This document shows, in pieces, positions 49,129 to 59,520 of a stretch of 64,000 bases of DNA. Positions within the stretch are counted from its first letter, which is position 1, and every line of letters starts with the position of its first letter. The notes under the pieces were generated by a model. It made no database searches. It saw nothing but the letters and a program-made list of their open reading frames with translations, and was not told the DNA's origin. The stretch comes from Candidatus Saccharimonadales bacterium. Lineage in GTDB: Bacteria; Patescibacteriota; Saccharimonadia; UBA4664; SCTI01. The position numbers and the translations under genes were made by a program. The stretch lies in the NCBI GenBank assembly GCA_035479795.1, contig DATIII010000001.1, forward strand, positions 7,087 through 71,086, given 5' to 3'.

Positions 49129-49926
49129 ATGGCCAAAAAAACTGTACTCATGTGCCCTCCGACTTATTTCGAGGTCAGCTACGAAATCAACGACTGGATG
49201 CACGTTAATAATCCTGTCGATGTCGACCTAGCCAAACGCCAGTGGCAGGCCGTGCATGATACCTACGAGCAGCTGAGTTACGATATCCACTTGATGGAGC
49301 CGATCAAAGGCCTACCCGATCTGGTTTTTACGGCCAATGGCGGTCTGGTGATAGACGGCAAGGTTATGCTGCCGCGCTTTAAATATCCGGAGCGCCAGCC
49401 AGAAACCGCCCACGACGAACATTGGTTTGCAACCAATGGCTTCAGCGATATCTTAATGCCGGAGCACGACTTTGAAGGTGAGGGCGACTGCTTACTGGGT
49501 AACGACATTATTTTCTCCGGTTACGGTTTCCGCTCCGATCCAGGCATTCGAACCGAACTTCAAGATTTTTTTGATAAGCAGGTCGTCAGTCTAAAAATGA
49601 TCGACCCACGATTCTATCATCTGGATACGTGCTTTTGCCCGCTCGACGACAAAACCGTAATGTACTATCCAGCCGCCTTTGACGCGTCCAGCCGCCAGGC
49701 TATTGAAATGCACTTTCCGCGCCGCATCGAGGCAAACGAAGGCGATGCCGCCGGCTTTGGTCTGAACGCTGTCAGCGACGGAGAAAATGTTGTTGTATCA
49801 GCAGCTGCCAAGGGTATCCATGAGCAGCTGCAAAGCAAGGGCTTTAAACCCATTGGTCTCGACATGACCGAGTTCCGCAAATCTGGCGGTGCTGTGAAGT
49901 GCTGCACGCTTGAGCTACGAAATTAG
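49129..49926 (+). CDS. Amidinotransferase-superfamily enzyme (DDAH/arginine-deiminase-like) with a C-terminal catalytic Cys.
   Basis: C-terminal SGGAVKCCTLEL resembles the catalytic Cys motif of the guanidino-group-modifying enzyme fold. Confidence 0.6.
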   Translation: MAKKTVLMCPPTYFEVSYEINDWMHVNNPVDVDLAKRQWQAVHDTYEQLSYDIHLMEPIKGLPDLVFTANGGLVIDGKVMLPRFKYPERQPETAHDEHWFATNGFSDILMPEHDFEGEGDCLLGNDIIFSGYGFRSDPGIRTELQDFFDKQVVSLKMIDPRFYHLDTCFCPLDDKTVMYYPAAFDASSRQAIEMHFPRRIEANEGDAAGFGLNAVSDGENVVVSAAAKGIHEQLQSKGFKPIGLDMTEFRKSGGAVKCCTLELRN

Positions 49927-49991
49927 GATTCAGGGTAAAACTCGTACGAAGCGATGTTGATCCAACCTAGCATAAGCGGTATCTTGGACTC

Positions 49992-50555
49992 ATGAAGTGG
50001 AAACTAGCTCTTGCCCTACTTGGACTGATTATTATTGCCACAGCGGCCTGGTGGCTTTACTTTTACGGTGAAGCCTACGCCGTAAATTCAGTCGCTTCAG
50101 CCTGCCAGAAAAATGACGGCCGCACCTACGGGAACCTGGCTGTGGCTTTTAATGGCAAAGAGACGATTAAGCTTAGTAAGGAGCAGGTCGACGGGTTGGA
50201 TAAAACGCCAGCTGCTGCGGTGACCAAGTTACCCAACGGTAAGCCTGTGGCAGCCGGCCCCACACCCAAAAAATGCGGCTTCACAACTATCAATCGGAGC
50301 GGGCGCAAGTCCATGGATAAGTCACGAATCCAGAGATTAGGAGTCCAGGACGGCGCCGTTTACAAAGTCACCGGAGGTTTGTCGACCGAAGTAAGTTTTG
50401 TTCGCTGGCATGGGAGCTGGCATGTGCTGATGCCCGGTTCCGAGCCCACCGCGTCAACCAACTCGTCTCTATCACCCAATCCATCATCATCTTCATCGAC
50501 CAGCCCAACCGCCGCCCCGATAGCCGCTCCTGCGCCGCCACCATCACAGAATTAA
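49992..50555 (+). CDS. Membrane-anchored hypothetical protein with a Ser/Pro-rich C-terminal tail.
   Basis: N-terminal TM helix (LALALLGLIIIATAAWWLYFY). Confidence 0.5.
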   Translation: MKWKLALALLGLIIIATAAWWLYFYGEAYAVNSVASACQKNDGRTYGNLAVAFNGKETIKLSKEQVDGLDKTPAAAVTKLPNGKPVAAGPTPKKCGFTTINRSGRKSMDKSRIQRLGVQDGAVYKVTGGLSTEVSFVRWHGSWHVLMPGSEPTASTNSSLSPNPSSSSSTSPTAAPIAAPAPPPSQN

Positions 50556-50587
50556 GAATTTAGAATTCAGGATTTAGGCTAAAAAGC

Positions 50588-50616
50588 GAAACCGCCCCAG
50601 ATGGGGCGGCGTATCA
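50588..50616 (-). terminator. Rho-independent terminator for the minus-strand operon (CCGCCCCATCTGGGGCGG followed by TTTCGCTTTTT on the minus strand).
   Basis: 8-bp GC stem plus a T-tract. Confidence 0.6.
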
Positions 50617-50632
50617 CTGTATGAAGTTGTGG

Positions 50633-50815
50633 CTACCGACCGTCCCACATGATGTGGAACCCGAAGAGCTTGATCGCCGCATAGCCGACCACTATCACAA
50701 TGCCCAGGCAATAGGCGAAGACAATGACAGCGAGGAGACCGAAGATCAGCTTCTGCCCGAAGCCCCTTGGGCCCGGTGGCACGTGATCGGGAAGACCGTA
50801 GTCGTTGGTTAGCAT
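50633..50815 (-). CDS. Possible small membrane protein (60 aa; single TM helix); uncertain.
   Basis: Hydrophobic helix (LIFGLLAVIVFAYCLGIVIVVGYAAI). No SD. GC-rich region with competing frames. Confidence 0.25.
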   Translation of the reverse strand: MLTNDYGLPDHVPPGPRGFGQKLIFGLLAVIVFAYCLGIVIVVGYAAIKLFGFHIMWDGR

Positions 50816-50912
50816 CACGGCCCCTGGAAAAGCGTGATCGCGAGATAACCGACGACACCTAGAAGCCAGATGCAAACGCCAGCGATTGCGAGCTTGTGTG
50901 CGAGTTGCTTCA

Positions 50913-51200
50913 TCATGCCGGCACCTGGACTTCTTCGTAGATCTCTGAGAGCCGACGGCACAGGTCACGCCGCTGCTCGTACAGCTGGTTGAGATTTTTG
51001 ACGATCACATCGGCCTCGGCCACTAGCCGCCTAAATACCGGCCTTGACCCGTGCGAGTCCCGCCGGTGCAGCTCGACCTCGAGATGCAGATCCTTACGAA
51101 CACCATCGAGCCGCTTCTCCATGATTTCACGGTCGACATCGCTCAGATCGACCATGATCCGGGCCATTTCGCCAAGCAACTGCTTAACCTGCGGGGACAT
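50913..51200 (-). CDS. Small coiled-coil hypothetical protein (95 aa).
   Basis: GAGGAG SD 6 nt upstream of the ATG. Downstream of the Mur ligase gene in the same orientation. Confidence 0.5.
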   Translation of the reverse strand: MSPQVKQLLGEMARIMVDLSDVDREIMEKRLDGVRKDLHLEVELHRRDSHGSRPVFRRLVAEADVIVKNLNQLYEQRRDLCRRLSEIYEEVQVPA

Positions 51201-51258
51201 CCTATCTCCTCTGTTGGAAGGGTACTTCTTACAGCGGGAGCATTATGGGCTTATTGGT

Positions 51259-52551
51259 TTATTTTTGCAAATGGAGGGCTTTTTTGGCTTCGCCTATTTC
51301 ATCCCAGGGATGCTCGCCGTCAGCGCGCTCAATCGTCTTTTCGTGCCCTTTTCCTAGCAGCATTACCGTATCGCCGGGCTTGGCCAACTTCATGGCCTCA
51401 GCAATAGCCTTTGGGCGGTTTAAGATTAGGAACAGATTCTTATCGCGCTTTTTACCCGACTTTTCGGCCCCACCGGCAATTGCCTCCAGAATCTTCTGCC
51501 CATCCTCTTCACGATCATCTTCTTCGGTGGCAATCACCACATCGGCGTATTTGCCGGCAATCTCACCCTGCGCTGCCCGCTTAGCTGGGTCACGCCGGCC
51601 GGCGGAACCAAATACCACAATCAGTCGACCCTTGGCGCTCTGCTTAGCACCCGGCAGTACCGCTTCAAACCCCGCCGGGGTCGAGGCAAAGTCGACAATC
51701 ACATCAAATTTTTGGCCCTCATCAATCCGCGTCATCCGGCCCTCAACGTTTTTCAGAGCCGCTACCCCCTGCTCAATCTCGTCGTCGGTCAACTCCAGCG
51801 TTAGGCCTACACAGACGGCAGCCAGAGAGTTGTAAACGTTAAAGTCGCCGGGAATATTCACGATCATATTCAGAGCGGAAGAACCGCGCCGCACAATGTA
51901 GCGGCTGCCGGTTGCCGTAGTGGTAGCATCCTCAGCCTTGATGTCACCGTACTTAAGGCCGTAGCTCAACGGATGAGTGACCTCACGAGCAAACAGCGCG
52001 CTGGCTGGGTCGTCGGCATTCACCACCCCCTCCTGCATGCCCCTCGAATTGGCGCCGACCATGGTAAACAGCTTGCGCTTAGCGTCCCGATAGCGTTCGA
52101 AGGTGCCGTGATAGTCCAGATGGTCACCAGTCACATTGGTCATAACCGCAATCTGGTACGGGATGCCCCAAACGCGATTCTGAGCCAGTGCATGACTGCT
52201 AGTTTCAAGCACCAGCCACTCAATGCCATCGGCTTTTAGTTCCTTGATACGCTTTAAGAGTTGGCGAGTCTGCATGGTAGTCATATGCACAAAGCTTTGA
52301 TGCTGCCCCAGGTGCGTGCCGTAACCAACCGTGCTCATGTAACCCACTTTGTAGCCAGAATTTTTGAGCATTTGCCAAATAAAACTGGTGGTCGTGGTTT
52401 TGCCATCGGTACCGGTCACGCCAATCACCTTGAGATCACTTGCCGGGAATCCATAAACCACCTGCCACAACACTGACTCGAGCAGGTGTCCATAAGGCTC
52501 AATGGCCTTAAATAATCGCTGAGGAATTAGAGCTTTAACAATCCGGCGCAT
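51259..52551 (-). CDS. Mur ligase family protein (MurE/MurF-like core; could be a MurT-type amidating-complex ligase).
   Basis: Central Mur ligase domain (GVTGTDGKTTTTSF, DHLDYHGT). C-terminal domain with GKGHE. Confidence 0.75.
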   Translation of the reverse strand: MRRIVKALIPQRLFKAIEPYGHLLESVLWQVVYGFPASDLKVIGVTGTDGKTTTTSFIWQMLKNSGYKVGYMSTVGYGTHLGQHQSFVHMTTMQTRQLLKRIKELKADGIEWLVLETSSHALAQNRVWGIPYQIAVMTNVTGDHLDYHGTFERYRDAKRKLFTMVGANSRGMQEGVVNADDPASALFAREVTHPLSYGLKYGDIKAEDATTTATGSRYIVRRGSSALNMIVNIPGDFNVYNSLAAVCVGLTLELTDDEIEQGVAALKNVEGRMTRIDEGQKFDVIVDFASTPAGFEAVLPGAKQSAKGRLIVVFGSAGRRDPAKRAAQGEIAGKYADVVIATEEDDREEDGQKILEAIAGGAEKSGKKRDKNLFLILNRPKAIAEAMKLAKPGDTVMLLGKGHEKTIERADGEHPWDEIGEAKKALHLQK

Positions 52552-52560
52552 AGAGCAATC

Positions 52561-53586
52561 TTAATAGAAAAGGCGCTTTTTCACACGGTGCGCGTAAGCC
52601 ATGGCTAGCCGCTGGCCAAACTTGGCCCAAATTTGGTAACGGCGCTTGTGAACCGGCAGGTCGTAGGTGCCAATAAACTCCGTAACCTCGGCGTTAAAGC
52701 CAGTTTTGAACCGCGCCAATCCGGCCAATGGATGCTCAGAATTTTCGATGTCCTCAGCCGGCGGCGTGCCATGCAGGTCGTATTCTTTAATGCCCTTAGC
52801 CTTCAGCCACTTCATAATCTCCCATTGCAACAGGTACGGCGCTTGAACATCACTGTGCTCACGGACCGAACCACCATCCTTATACAGAGCCTTTTCACCG
52901 AGGTAGGTAATAAAGGCTCCAGCCAAAATCTGACCTTCATACTTGGCAAAAAACATCTGGCCGCTCCCCGCCTCGCTGTGCAAACGCCAGAAGTCGGCAA
53001 AATATTGGCGGTCGCGCAAATACACCCCGGCGCGATCAACAGTGGCCTGCATTAGAGCATACATTTGGTCGATAGACTCCTCAGTCACACCTGCCGGCTC
53101 GACGCTAACGCCTTTCTTAGCGGCCAGACGAACGTTATAACGCGTCTTTTGCTTGAATCCGCTTATGATCTCATCTTCGCTGGGCTCGAGGCTGACAATG
53201 ACTGTGGAGACGTTGTACTGGATATCACGTACCTTCTCGAAGCCAAAAGCGTTAAGCTCGGCCGGCCCAATCTGGCCTTTGGCAATCTCGGGTTCAATCT
53301 TCACCATAAACGGCGGCGGATATGGCAGCTGCTTTGATAGATACTCCAGGCCCTCCTTCACCGTCACGCCCGGACCTTTACAGATATACCAAATCTCACC
53401 CAGCAATGGCACCTCGCGGCTGAGCACCAGCACGGCCACCTCACCGAGCATGAAGTAGAGCGGTTCCCAGCCATGCAGCGCCTTGGTTTCGGCAAAGGCC
53501 TTGGATTGCAGAACGTTGCCGCCATCTGGGTTAGCCGCCACCAGTTTATCCCAGCCGGCAATTTCTTCGGGTGTAGCCGGCCTCAT
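52561..53586 (-). CDS. FemAB-family peptidoglycan aminoacyltransferase (paralog 1).
   Basis: FemABX/GNAT-like architecture. Tandem with a second copy. Confidence 0.75.
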   Translation of the reverse strand: MRPATPEEIAGWDKLVAANPDGGNVLQSKAFAETKALHGWEPLYFMLGEVAVLVLSREVPLLGEIWYICKGPGVTVKEGLEYLSKQLPYPPPFMVKIEPEIAKGQIGPAELNAFGFEKVRDIQYNVSTVIVSLEPSEDEIISGFKQKTRYNVRLAAKKGVSVEPAGVTEESIDQMYALMQATVDRAGVYLRDRQYFADFWRLHSEAGSGQMFFAKYEGQILAGAFITYLGEKALYKDGGSVREHSDVQAPYLLQWEIMKWLKAKGIKEYDLHGTPPAEDIENSEHPLAGLARFKTGFNAEVTEFIGTYDLPVHKRRYQIWAKFGQRLAMAYAHRVKKRLFY

Positions 53587-54575
53587 TTACGGCCTCCTAT
53601 AATCTTGCGACCAATCGGCTTTAGTATTGGGAACAGCTTTGACCACACGGCGTAGGCAGTTTTATCAATCGGCGCGTGATAGGTGCCGACCCAATCTGTC
53701 TCATCCGGGCCAAAGCCCTCTTTAAACTGGCTCACACCTTCGTTCAGTCGGCCATTAAAGTCATACAGCTTCAGGCCAGCCGCCTTCGCATCGCGAATAG
53801 CCTGCATCTTTAAGGCATAATTTGCTTTATTATCCTGGCCCTTCTCGGTCACGCCTCCATACAGCTCAAAGGCCACCGTGCCTGCGGTAGCCACCCATAA
53901 AACCGCCTCCGGCTGGCCATCAATTTCGGCGTAATAAATATGATTGCTATCCCCCAGCTGGATTGAGAGCTCATCATAGTAATCCTTGGCATGAATGCTA
54001 AACCCAGCCCGCTTGGCCGTCTGGCTGTAAATCCGCCCGAAGCGCCCCAGATGCTCACGCTGGTGGCGGCATTCGACAACCTTTACTCCCTCGCGCTCAG
54101 CTTTACGGATATACTGGCGGTGCTTGCGGCTCATTTTTTCCAGCATCTCATCCTCGCTCTGGCTGAGATCAATAGTGAAGGTCTCGGGCAATAATACGTG
54201 GTCTTCCGTTTTCTCCCAGCGGCTGCCAAAGGCAAACTCGCGCCAAGCCGGCTCGAGCTTAAGGTACAGCGCCCGGTGACCTTTAGCTGCCTGCCTCAAA
54301 TGATCAATAAAGGCATGAGCAGCCGCATCTACCGGATCAATCACCGGACCGCGCGGCACATAGGCCACCATTTTGCCCAGCCGCGGGATGGGCCACAGTA
54401 ACATCTGGGCCGCAGCCTTAATCTGGCCGTCTTCCACCCACGCCAGCCGCAGCGGCGTCCAGCCATTGAGCCGTTTAACTTCACCCCAGCCCCACAGCTG
54501 CAATGGGTGCCCAAATGGATGGCCGGCCACCCAATCGTCCCACTGAGCGCGGTTGGTTATTTCCTCGAGTTGCAT
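53583..54575 (-). CDS. FemAB-family peptidoglycan aminoacyltransferase (paralog 2).
   Basis: Homologous to 52561-53586. 4-nt overlap. Confidence 0.75.
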   Translation of the reverse strand: MQLEEITNRAQWDDWVAGHPFGHPLQLWGWGEVKRLNGWTPLRLAWVEDGQIKAAAQMLLWPIPRLGKMVAYVPRGPVIDPVDAAAHAFIDHLRQAAKGHRALYLKLEPAWREFAFGSRWEKTEDHVLLPETFTIDLSQSEDEMLEKMSRKHRQYIRKAEREGVKVVECRHQREHLGRFGRIYSQTAKRAGFSIHAKDYYDELSIQLGDSNHIYYAEIDGQPEAVLWVATAGTVAFELYGGVTEKGQDNKANYALKMQAIRDAKAAGLKLYDFNGRLNEGVSQFKEGFGPDETDWVGTYHAPIDKTAYAVWSKLFPILKPIGRKIIGGRK

Positions 54576-54660
54576 AAGCGCATTGTACCTTATCTGGGGC
54601 CAACCTGGTATACTTCGCTAAGAATTGAAAAGTCAAGATTGAGGATTCAGGAACAAAATA

Positions 54661-55686
54661 ATGAAGATATTAGGCGTTGAAACCAGTTGCGATGAAACGG
54701 CTGCTGCGGTGGTGGAAGATGGCATTAAGCTGCTATCAAGCGTTGTGGCTTCGCAGATCGACATTCATGCCGAGTTCGGCGGAGTCGTGCCGGAAGTCGC
54801 TGCCCGTAGCCACATTGAAGTCATGCTCCCAGTCGTTGAAAAAGCCCTTTCTGAAGCCAAAATTGACTGGGGCGACATCGACGCCGTGGCGGTTACCGAA
54901 GGCCCTGGTCTGATCGGCTCTTTGCTAATTGGTACTTTAACCGCTAGGACCTTGGCTGATCTTAAGAACAAGCCCTTAATCCCAATCAATCACGTTGAAG
55001 CCCATATTTACGCCAACTTCTTGATTGATGAGCGTCCTAGTTTTCCCCTTCTGGCGCTGATTGTCTCCGGTGGGCACACCCAACTTGTGCTGATGCGGGA
55101 TCATGCCGATTACGAGCTACTCGGGCAAACTGGGGACGATGCGGCCGGTGAGGCATTTGATAAAGTCGCCAAAATTCTCGGCCTCCCCTACCCCGGTGGA
55201 CCTTCAGTGGCCAAAGCAGCCGAATCGGGAGATCCCAAAGCTTTTGCCTTACCTAAGCCAAAACTTGGCAAAGATAGTTTGGACTTTAGCTTCAGTGGAT
55301 TAAAAACTGCCGTGCTGCGGACTGCCCAAACAGCAGTCGGCAAGGACTTTCGCACTCCTTCCTATGAGCTGCCTTACCTCCTTACCGAGCACCAGAAAAA
55401 CGATCTAGCCGCCTCATTCCAAAAGACTGCCATCGATATCTTGGTCGAGCGAGTACTCCAAGCCAACGAACGCTACTCCCCTACCTCCGTAATAATTGCG
55501 GGCGGAGTCGCCGCCAGCCAGCCACTGCGGACTGAGCTTACCAAGCGACTACCTATTCCGGTGAACTACGCCCCAATGAATCTGTGTACCGATAACGCCG
55601 CCATGATTGCCTCCCTGGCCTATTTCCGCCGGGAGCAAACCATCGCACCCGCCAAACTCCGCCCCAATCCAATTCTATCGATGTAG
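54661..55686 (+). CDS. tsaD: tRNA N6-adenosine threonylcarbamoyltransferase TsaD (Kae1/YgjD family).
   Basis: MKILGVETSCDETAAAV N-terminus. HxxxH metal site (NHVEAHIY). Confidence 0.9.
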   Translation: MKILGVETSCDETAAAVVEDGIKLLSSVVASQIDIHAEFGGVVPEVAARSHIEVMLPVVEKALSEAKIDWGDIDAVAVTEGPGLIGSLLIGTLTARTLADLKNKPLIPINHVEAHIYANFLIDERPSFPLLALIVSGGHTQLVLMRDHADYELLGQTGDDAAGEAFDKVAKILGLPYPGGPSVAKAAESGDPKAFALPKPKLGKDSLDFSFSGLKTAVLRTAQTAVGKDFRTPSYELPYLLTEHQKNDLAASFQKTAIDILVERVLQANERYSPTSVIIAGGVAASQPLRTELTKRLPIPVNYAPMNLCTDNAAMIASLAYFRREQTIAPAKLRPNPILSM

Positions 55687-55706
55687 CTTGTGCTAAAATT
55701 CCACCT

Positions 55707-58241
55707 ATGAGCAGGATGGAGAAAGCCTACGACCCGTCTAAGCACGAGGCCCGCATTTATAAGTTGTGGGAAGAGTCTGGCGCCTTCAAGCCAGCTGGCG
55801 ATCCCAAAAAGCCCCCATTTTCTATCATCATGCCTCCACCAAATGCCAACGGCAATCTCCATATGGGGCACGCCATGTACGCCCTGGAAGACACTATGGC
55901 CCGCTACGCCCGGATGCAAGGCCGCCCGACTCTTTGGCTACCGGGCACCGACCATGCTGGCATTGAGACTCAAGTGGTTTTTGAAAAGGAGCTGGCCAAA
56001 GCAGGTAAAAGCCGGTTCGACTTCTCCCCTGCTGAGTTTTACGATGCTACCTATAAGTTTGTGATGGAAAATGAGCACAATATGCTAGCCCAGATGCGTT
56101 CACTGGGCCTCAGCGCCGACTGGAGCCGTAAAAAGTTTACACTCGACCCCGACATTATTGAGATTGTTTACGACACCTTCAAGCAGCTGCATGACGACGG
56201 CTTGGTTTACCGAGCCAACCGGATCGTGAACTGGTGCCCTCGTTGTAATGCCGCCTTTGCCGATCTGGAAATTAAATACCGAGAGCAGATCGATCCGCTT
56301 TACTACATCAAATACGGACCCTTTGTGCTGGCTACGGTGCGCCCGGAAACTAAGTTTGGCGACACTGCCTTAGCGGTTCATCCCAAGGACGAGCGCTACA
56401 CGCAGTACATTGGCGAAGCAATTGAGGCCGACGACGTGTTGGGCAAAATTAAACTTAAAGTTATTGCCGATGAGCACGTAAATCCCGACTTTGGCACTGG
56501 CGTTATAAAGGTTACTCCCGCTCACGATCCCAACGACTGGGAGATTGGCCAGCGCCATAAACTAGACGTTAAACAAGCTGTCGGAACCGACGGCCGCTTA
56601 ACGGAGATTGCCGGAAAATACGCTGGCATGAAGGTGCTGGACGCCCGCCAACAGGTGGCACAGGATCTGGAAGAGCAAGGTTTGATTGAGCATATCGACA
56701 TGAATTATACCCACAGCGTTGGCTACCATGATCGCTGCGGCACCCAGATTGAGCCGCTGGTGACTGAGCAATGGTGGCTGGATGTTCAGGAGCTGAAGAA
56801 GCCAGCCATAAAGGCCATAAAAAGCGGTGAAATCACCTTTGTCCCCTCACGATTTAAGAAGCAGGCTCTAGACTGGCTGGAAGGCCTGCGCGACTGGAAT
56901 ATAAGCCGCCAAATCTGGTGGGGCATTCGTATTCCGGTTTACTACAACGCCAAGAACGACTCTAAGAAACCTTACATCATAGCTTCACATGAAACCGAGG
57001 CTGAAAAATACTACGGCAAAGGTAATTACGAGGTTGAGACCGATACCTTTGACACCTGGTTTTCATCTGGACAATGGCCTTTTGCCACTATTCAGACGAC
57101 TGGCGATTTCGACCGCTTCTACCCCACCACCGTCATGGGCACCATGCGTGACATACTCTACCAATGGGTTTCGCGCATGATTATGCTCGGGCTGTATCGA
57201 ACCGGTAAAATTCCCTTCCAAACAGTTTATCTGTGGGGTGCGGTTAATGACGCTCAGGGTAAAAAAATGAGTAAGAGCAAGGGCAACGTCATTAACCCCC
57301 TGGAGATGACCACGCGTTTCGGGACCGATGCGCTGCGCCTTGCTTTGACCATCGGTGTGACTCCTGGAACAGGCGGCACTATTTCAGAAAAGAAGATTGA
57401 AGGCTACCGCAACTTCAATAACAAGCTCTGGAATGTGGCTCGGTTTATTCTGGAAAAAGCGGACGACTATTCCCCTATCAACCCAGACCCGCAGACTCCG
57501 GCCGATCACTGGATCTTAGCCAGAGTTTCACGAGAAACAGTGGCCATTTCAAAAGCTATTGAAGCCTATCGCTTCAGCGAAGCCGGCGAAAGAGTCTACT
57601 CTCTTCTCTGGAATGACTTTGCCGACTGGTACCTCGAAGCCTCAAAGTCAGAAACTAACCTACCAGTCTTGGTTAACTGTCTCGAATCTATCCTCAAGCT
57701 AGCCCACCCATTTGCCCCATTTGTAACCGAAGTAATATGGCAGGAAATGGCTTGGCAAAAGCAAAATTTGATAATTTCACCTTGGCCTGATAATTTCAAA
57801 ACCAGCTCAGCTAAAGCAGGTGAATTTACGCAAATTATGGCTTTAGTAAGCCAAATTCGTTCAATTTCAGTCGATATTGGCCTGCAAAAACCCGCCCTGC
57901 TGGCCGACTCCAATCTGGTATTAGCCAATACTGGCCTGATTAAGCACTTGGCTCGATTGAGCGGAATAGAAAAAGGGGAGGGGAGCGGCCTGGCTATCCC
58001 CGGAGTATCTGCCGTCTGGCTGAAAGTATCACCCGAACAGATCCAGAGCTACGTATCCAAGCTTAAGCGGCGCCGCGGTGAAGCGGGGGAGTACGCGGCG
58101 CGCCTCAAATCGCAACTCGATAACAAAGCCTACGTAAAATCTGCCCCCGCCGAGCTTGTGCAGCAAACTAAAGATCGTCTAGTCGAAGCAAAGGAATTGG
58201 CAGGTGAGTTAGATGCCCAAATCAAAGCTGTCGAAGCCTAA
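55707..58241 (+). CDS. valS: Valyl-tRNA synthetase.
   Basis: HIGH motif (PNANGNLHMGHA). KMSKS. C-terminal coiled coil. Confidence 0.95.
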   Translation: MSRMEKAYDPSKHEARIYKLWEESGAFKPAGDPKKPPFSIIMPPPNANGNLHMGHAMYALEDTMARYARMQGRPTLWLPGTDHAGIETQVVFEKELAKAGKSRFDFSPAEFYDATYKFVMENEHNMLAQMRSLGLSADWSRKKFTLDPDIIEIVYDTFKQLHDDGLVYRANRIVNWCPRCNAAFADLEIKYREQIDPLYYIKYGPFVLATVRPETKFGDTALAVHPKDERYTQYIGEAIEADDVLGKIKLKVIADEHVNPDFGTGVIKVTPAHDPNDWEIGQRHKLDVKQAVGTDGRLTEIAGKYAGMKVLDARQQVAQDLEEQGLIEHIDMNYTHSVGYHDRCGTQIEPLVTEQWWLDVQELKKPAIKAIKSGEITFVPSRFKKQALDWLEGLRDWNISRQIWWGIRIPVYYNAKNDSKKPYIIASHETEAEKYYGKGNYEVETDTFDTWFSSGQWPFATIQTTGDFDRFYPTTVMGTMRDILYQWVSRMIMLGLYRTGKIPFQTVYLWGAVNDAQGKKMSKSKGNVINPLEMTTRFGTDALRLALTIGVTPGTGGTISEKKIEGYRNFNNKLWNVARFILEKADDYSPINPDPQTPADHWILARVSRETVAISKAIEAYRFSEAGERVYSLLWNDFADWYLEASKSETNLPVLVNCLESILKLAHPFAPFVTEVIWQEMAWQKQNLIISPWPDNFKTSSAKAGEFTQIMALVSQIRSISVDIGLQKPALLADSNLVLANTGLIKHLARLSGIEKGEGSGLAIPGVSAVWLKVSPEQIQSYVSKLKRRRGEAGEYAARLKSQLDNKAYVKSAPAELVQQTKDRLVEAKELAGELDAQIKAVEA

Positions 58242-59103
58242 GCTTGTTTTAGCATCGCTGGGCGGATTGATTATTGCCTTCGGGGTTGGCTTTGCCATCT
58301 GGCTACAGACACCTTGGGCGCATGACAAAGCCAAAACCCTGGCTGCCCAAGCCAAGGTGCTTGAGAAGACCAACGAATATGATGCATTGGTGAAATACCA
58401 GATGGCTACCTTTCTGGATCCCGCAAATGCAAGCTATGAAAATGCCATTGCCGACCTGTACCTCCAGCGCCATCGCCCCGATGCCGCTATCTTAGCTTTA
58501 GGGCATCTGCCAAAAGGGGAGGGGAGACAACGGATTGCTGAGATTCAGTTCCGGCAAGGCAAGTATGATGAAGCCGTTCGAACTCTGATTGACGATCGCA
58601 GCGGGCCGGCCATTGAGCTGACCGCCAAGTGCCTGATGGAGAAAGGGCAGGGGAGTGCCGCCGTTGAGCTGTTAACACGAGCCGATACTGATGAAGCAGC
58701 GCTGCTAATGGCGCTGGCGCAGGCCAGCCTCAGCCAGCCGGTTACTAAGCGTAGTGTCAGCTCACCTGAAGCCGCCCAAGCCTTGCAGCGGGCGGAAGCC
58801 GGCAAACTGCCATTAGCGCAAGAACTTTACACCAGAGGGCTTCTGCACAGCTCTCAGCGCGTTCTAGAATCTGTACCCAACGACAATGTTGAGAAATTCA
58901 AGCTTTTAGCTAACATCAATCTGTCAATCCAGCCGGTTACATCAGCCGGGCTTAAGCAAGCTCAATCGGTCGCCCAGGCGGGTTTAAACCTCAACCCGGG
59001 CGACCTACCACTTAGAAAGCTGCTACGAGACGTCGATATAAAGCTTGGCCTAAGTCAGGAAGCCAGTCGGCAAACCAACCTAATAAATGAGCTGAGCCAC
59101 TAG
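58213..59103 (+). CDS. Membrane-anchored TPR-like repeat protein, hypothetical.
   Basis: N-terminal TM helix, helical repeats. Overlaps the valS 3' end by 29 nt. Confidence 0.5.
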   Translation: MPKSKLSKPKLVLASLGGLIIAFGVGFAIWLQTPWAHDKAKTLAAQAKVLEKTNEYDALVKYQMATFLDPANASYENAIADLYLQRHRPDAAILALGHLPKGEGRQRIAEIQFRQGKYDEAVRTLIDDRSGPAIELTAKCLMEKGQGSAAVELLTRADTDEAALLMALAQASLSQPVTKRSVSSPEAAQALQRAEAGKLPLAQELYTRGLLHSSQRVLESVPNDNVEKFKLLANINLSIQPVTSAGLKQAQSVAQAGLNLNPGDLPLRKLLRDVDIKLGLSQEASRQTNLINELSH

Positions 59104-59363
59104 GTTTCGGCCAGCTTTAGCTCGACCATTGGTCGATCCCCAGCTATAACGGCCTGGGCCCGCCAAAAACCGGTTCTGTCCTTGTTGCGCCGGACAAACA
59201 GCGGGCAGCCTGGCTGGATGTGACGCTCCGACGGGCTAAAGCAAGCTCGCAGTCTGAGACAGGGAAGTCGACCGTTCAGTTCGGCTGACAGGTGCCACAG
59301 CTTCATTCGGCCAGTTCCTGGCTCCGGCGCGATCACCATGGCCGTCTGGCAAATGTCAGTCAC
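59100..59363 (-). CDS. Hypothetical ORF (87 aa, GTG start); weak.
   Basis: ORF only, in a GC-rich block. Confidence 0.2.
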   Translation of the reverse strand: MTDICQTAMVIAPEPGTGRMKLWHLSAELNGRLPCLRLRACFSPSERHIQPGCPLFVRRNKDRTGFWRAQAVIAGDRPMVELKLAET

Positions 59364-59440
59364 GACTACCTCACTTTTTGGGTACTAACGTTAGAGTTTT
59401 AGTTTAGGCCGGTACCGAACAAAAAGCAAACATAGTATTA

Positions 59441-59482
59441 ATAATTGCGTCATACGGACGGACGCATTCCGTTGCGTCCGTC
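59441..59482. other. 13-bp perfect hairpin ACGGACGGACGCA-TTCCGT-TGCGTCCGTCCGT followed by TTTT.
   Basis: Read in the sequence. Lies ~40 nt downstream of the stop of 59521-59820 on the minus strand and has a + strand T-tract. Confidence 0.5.
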
Positions 59483-59520
59483 CGTTTTCCCCGGCCAAGT
59501 AAGGCTAGGAAAGCGGGTGG

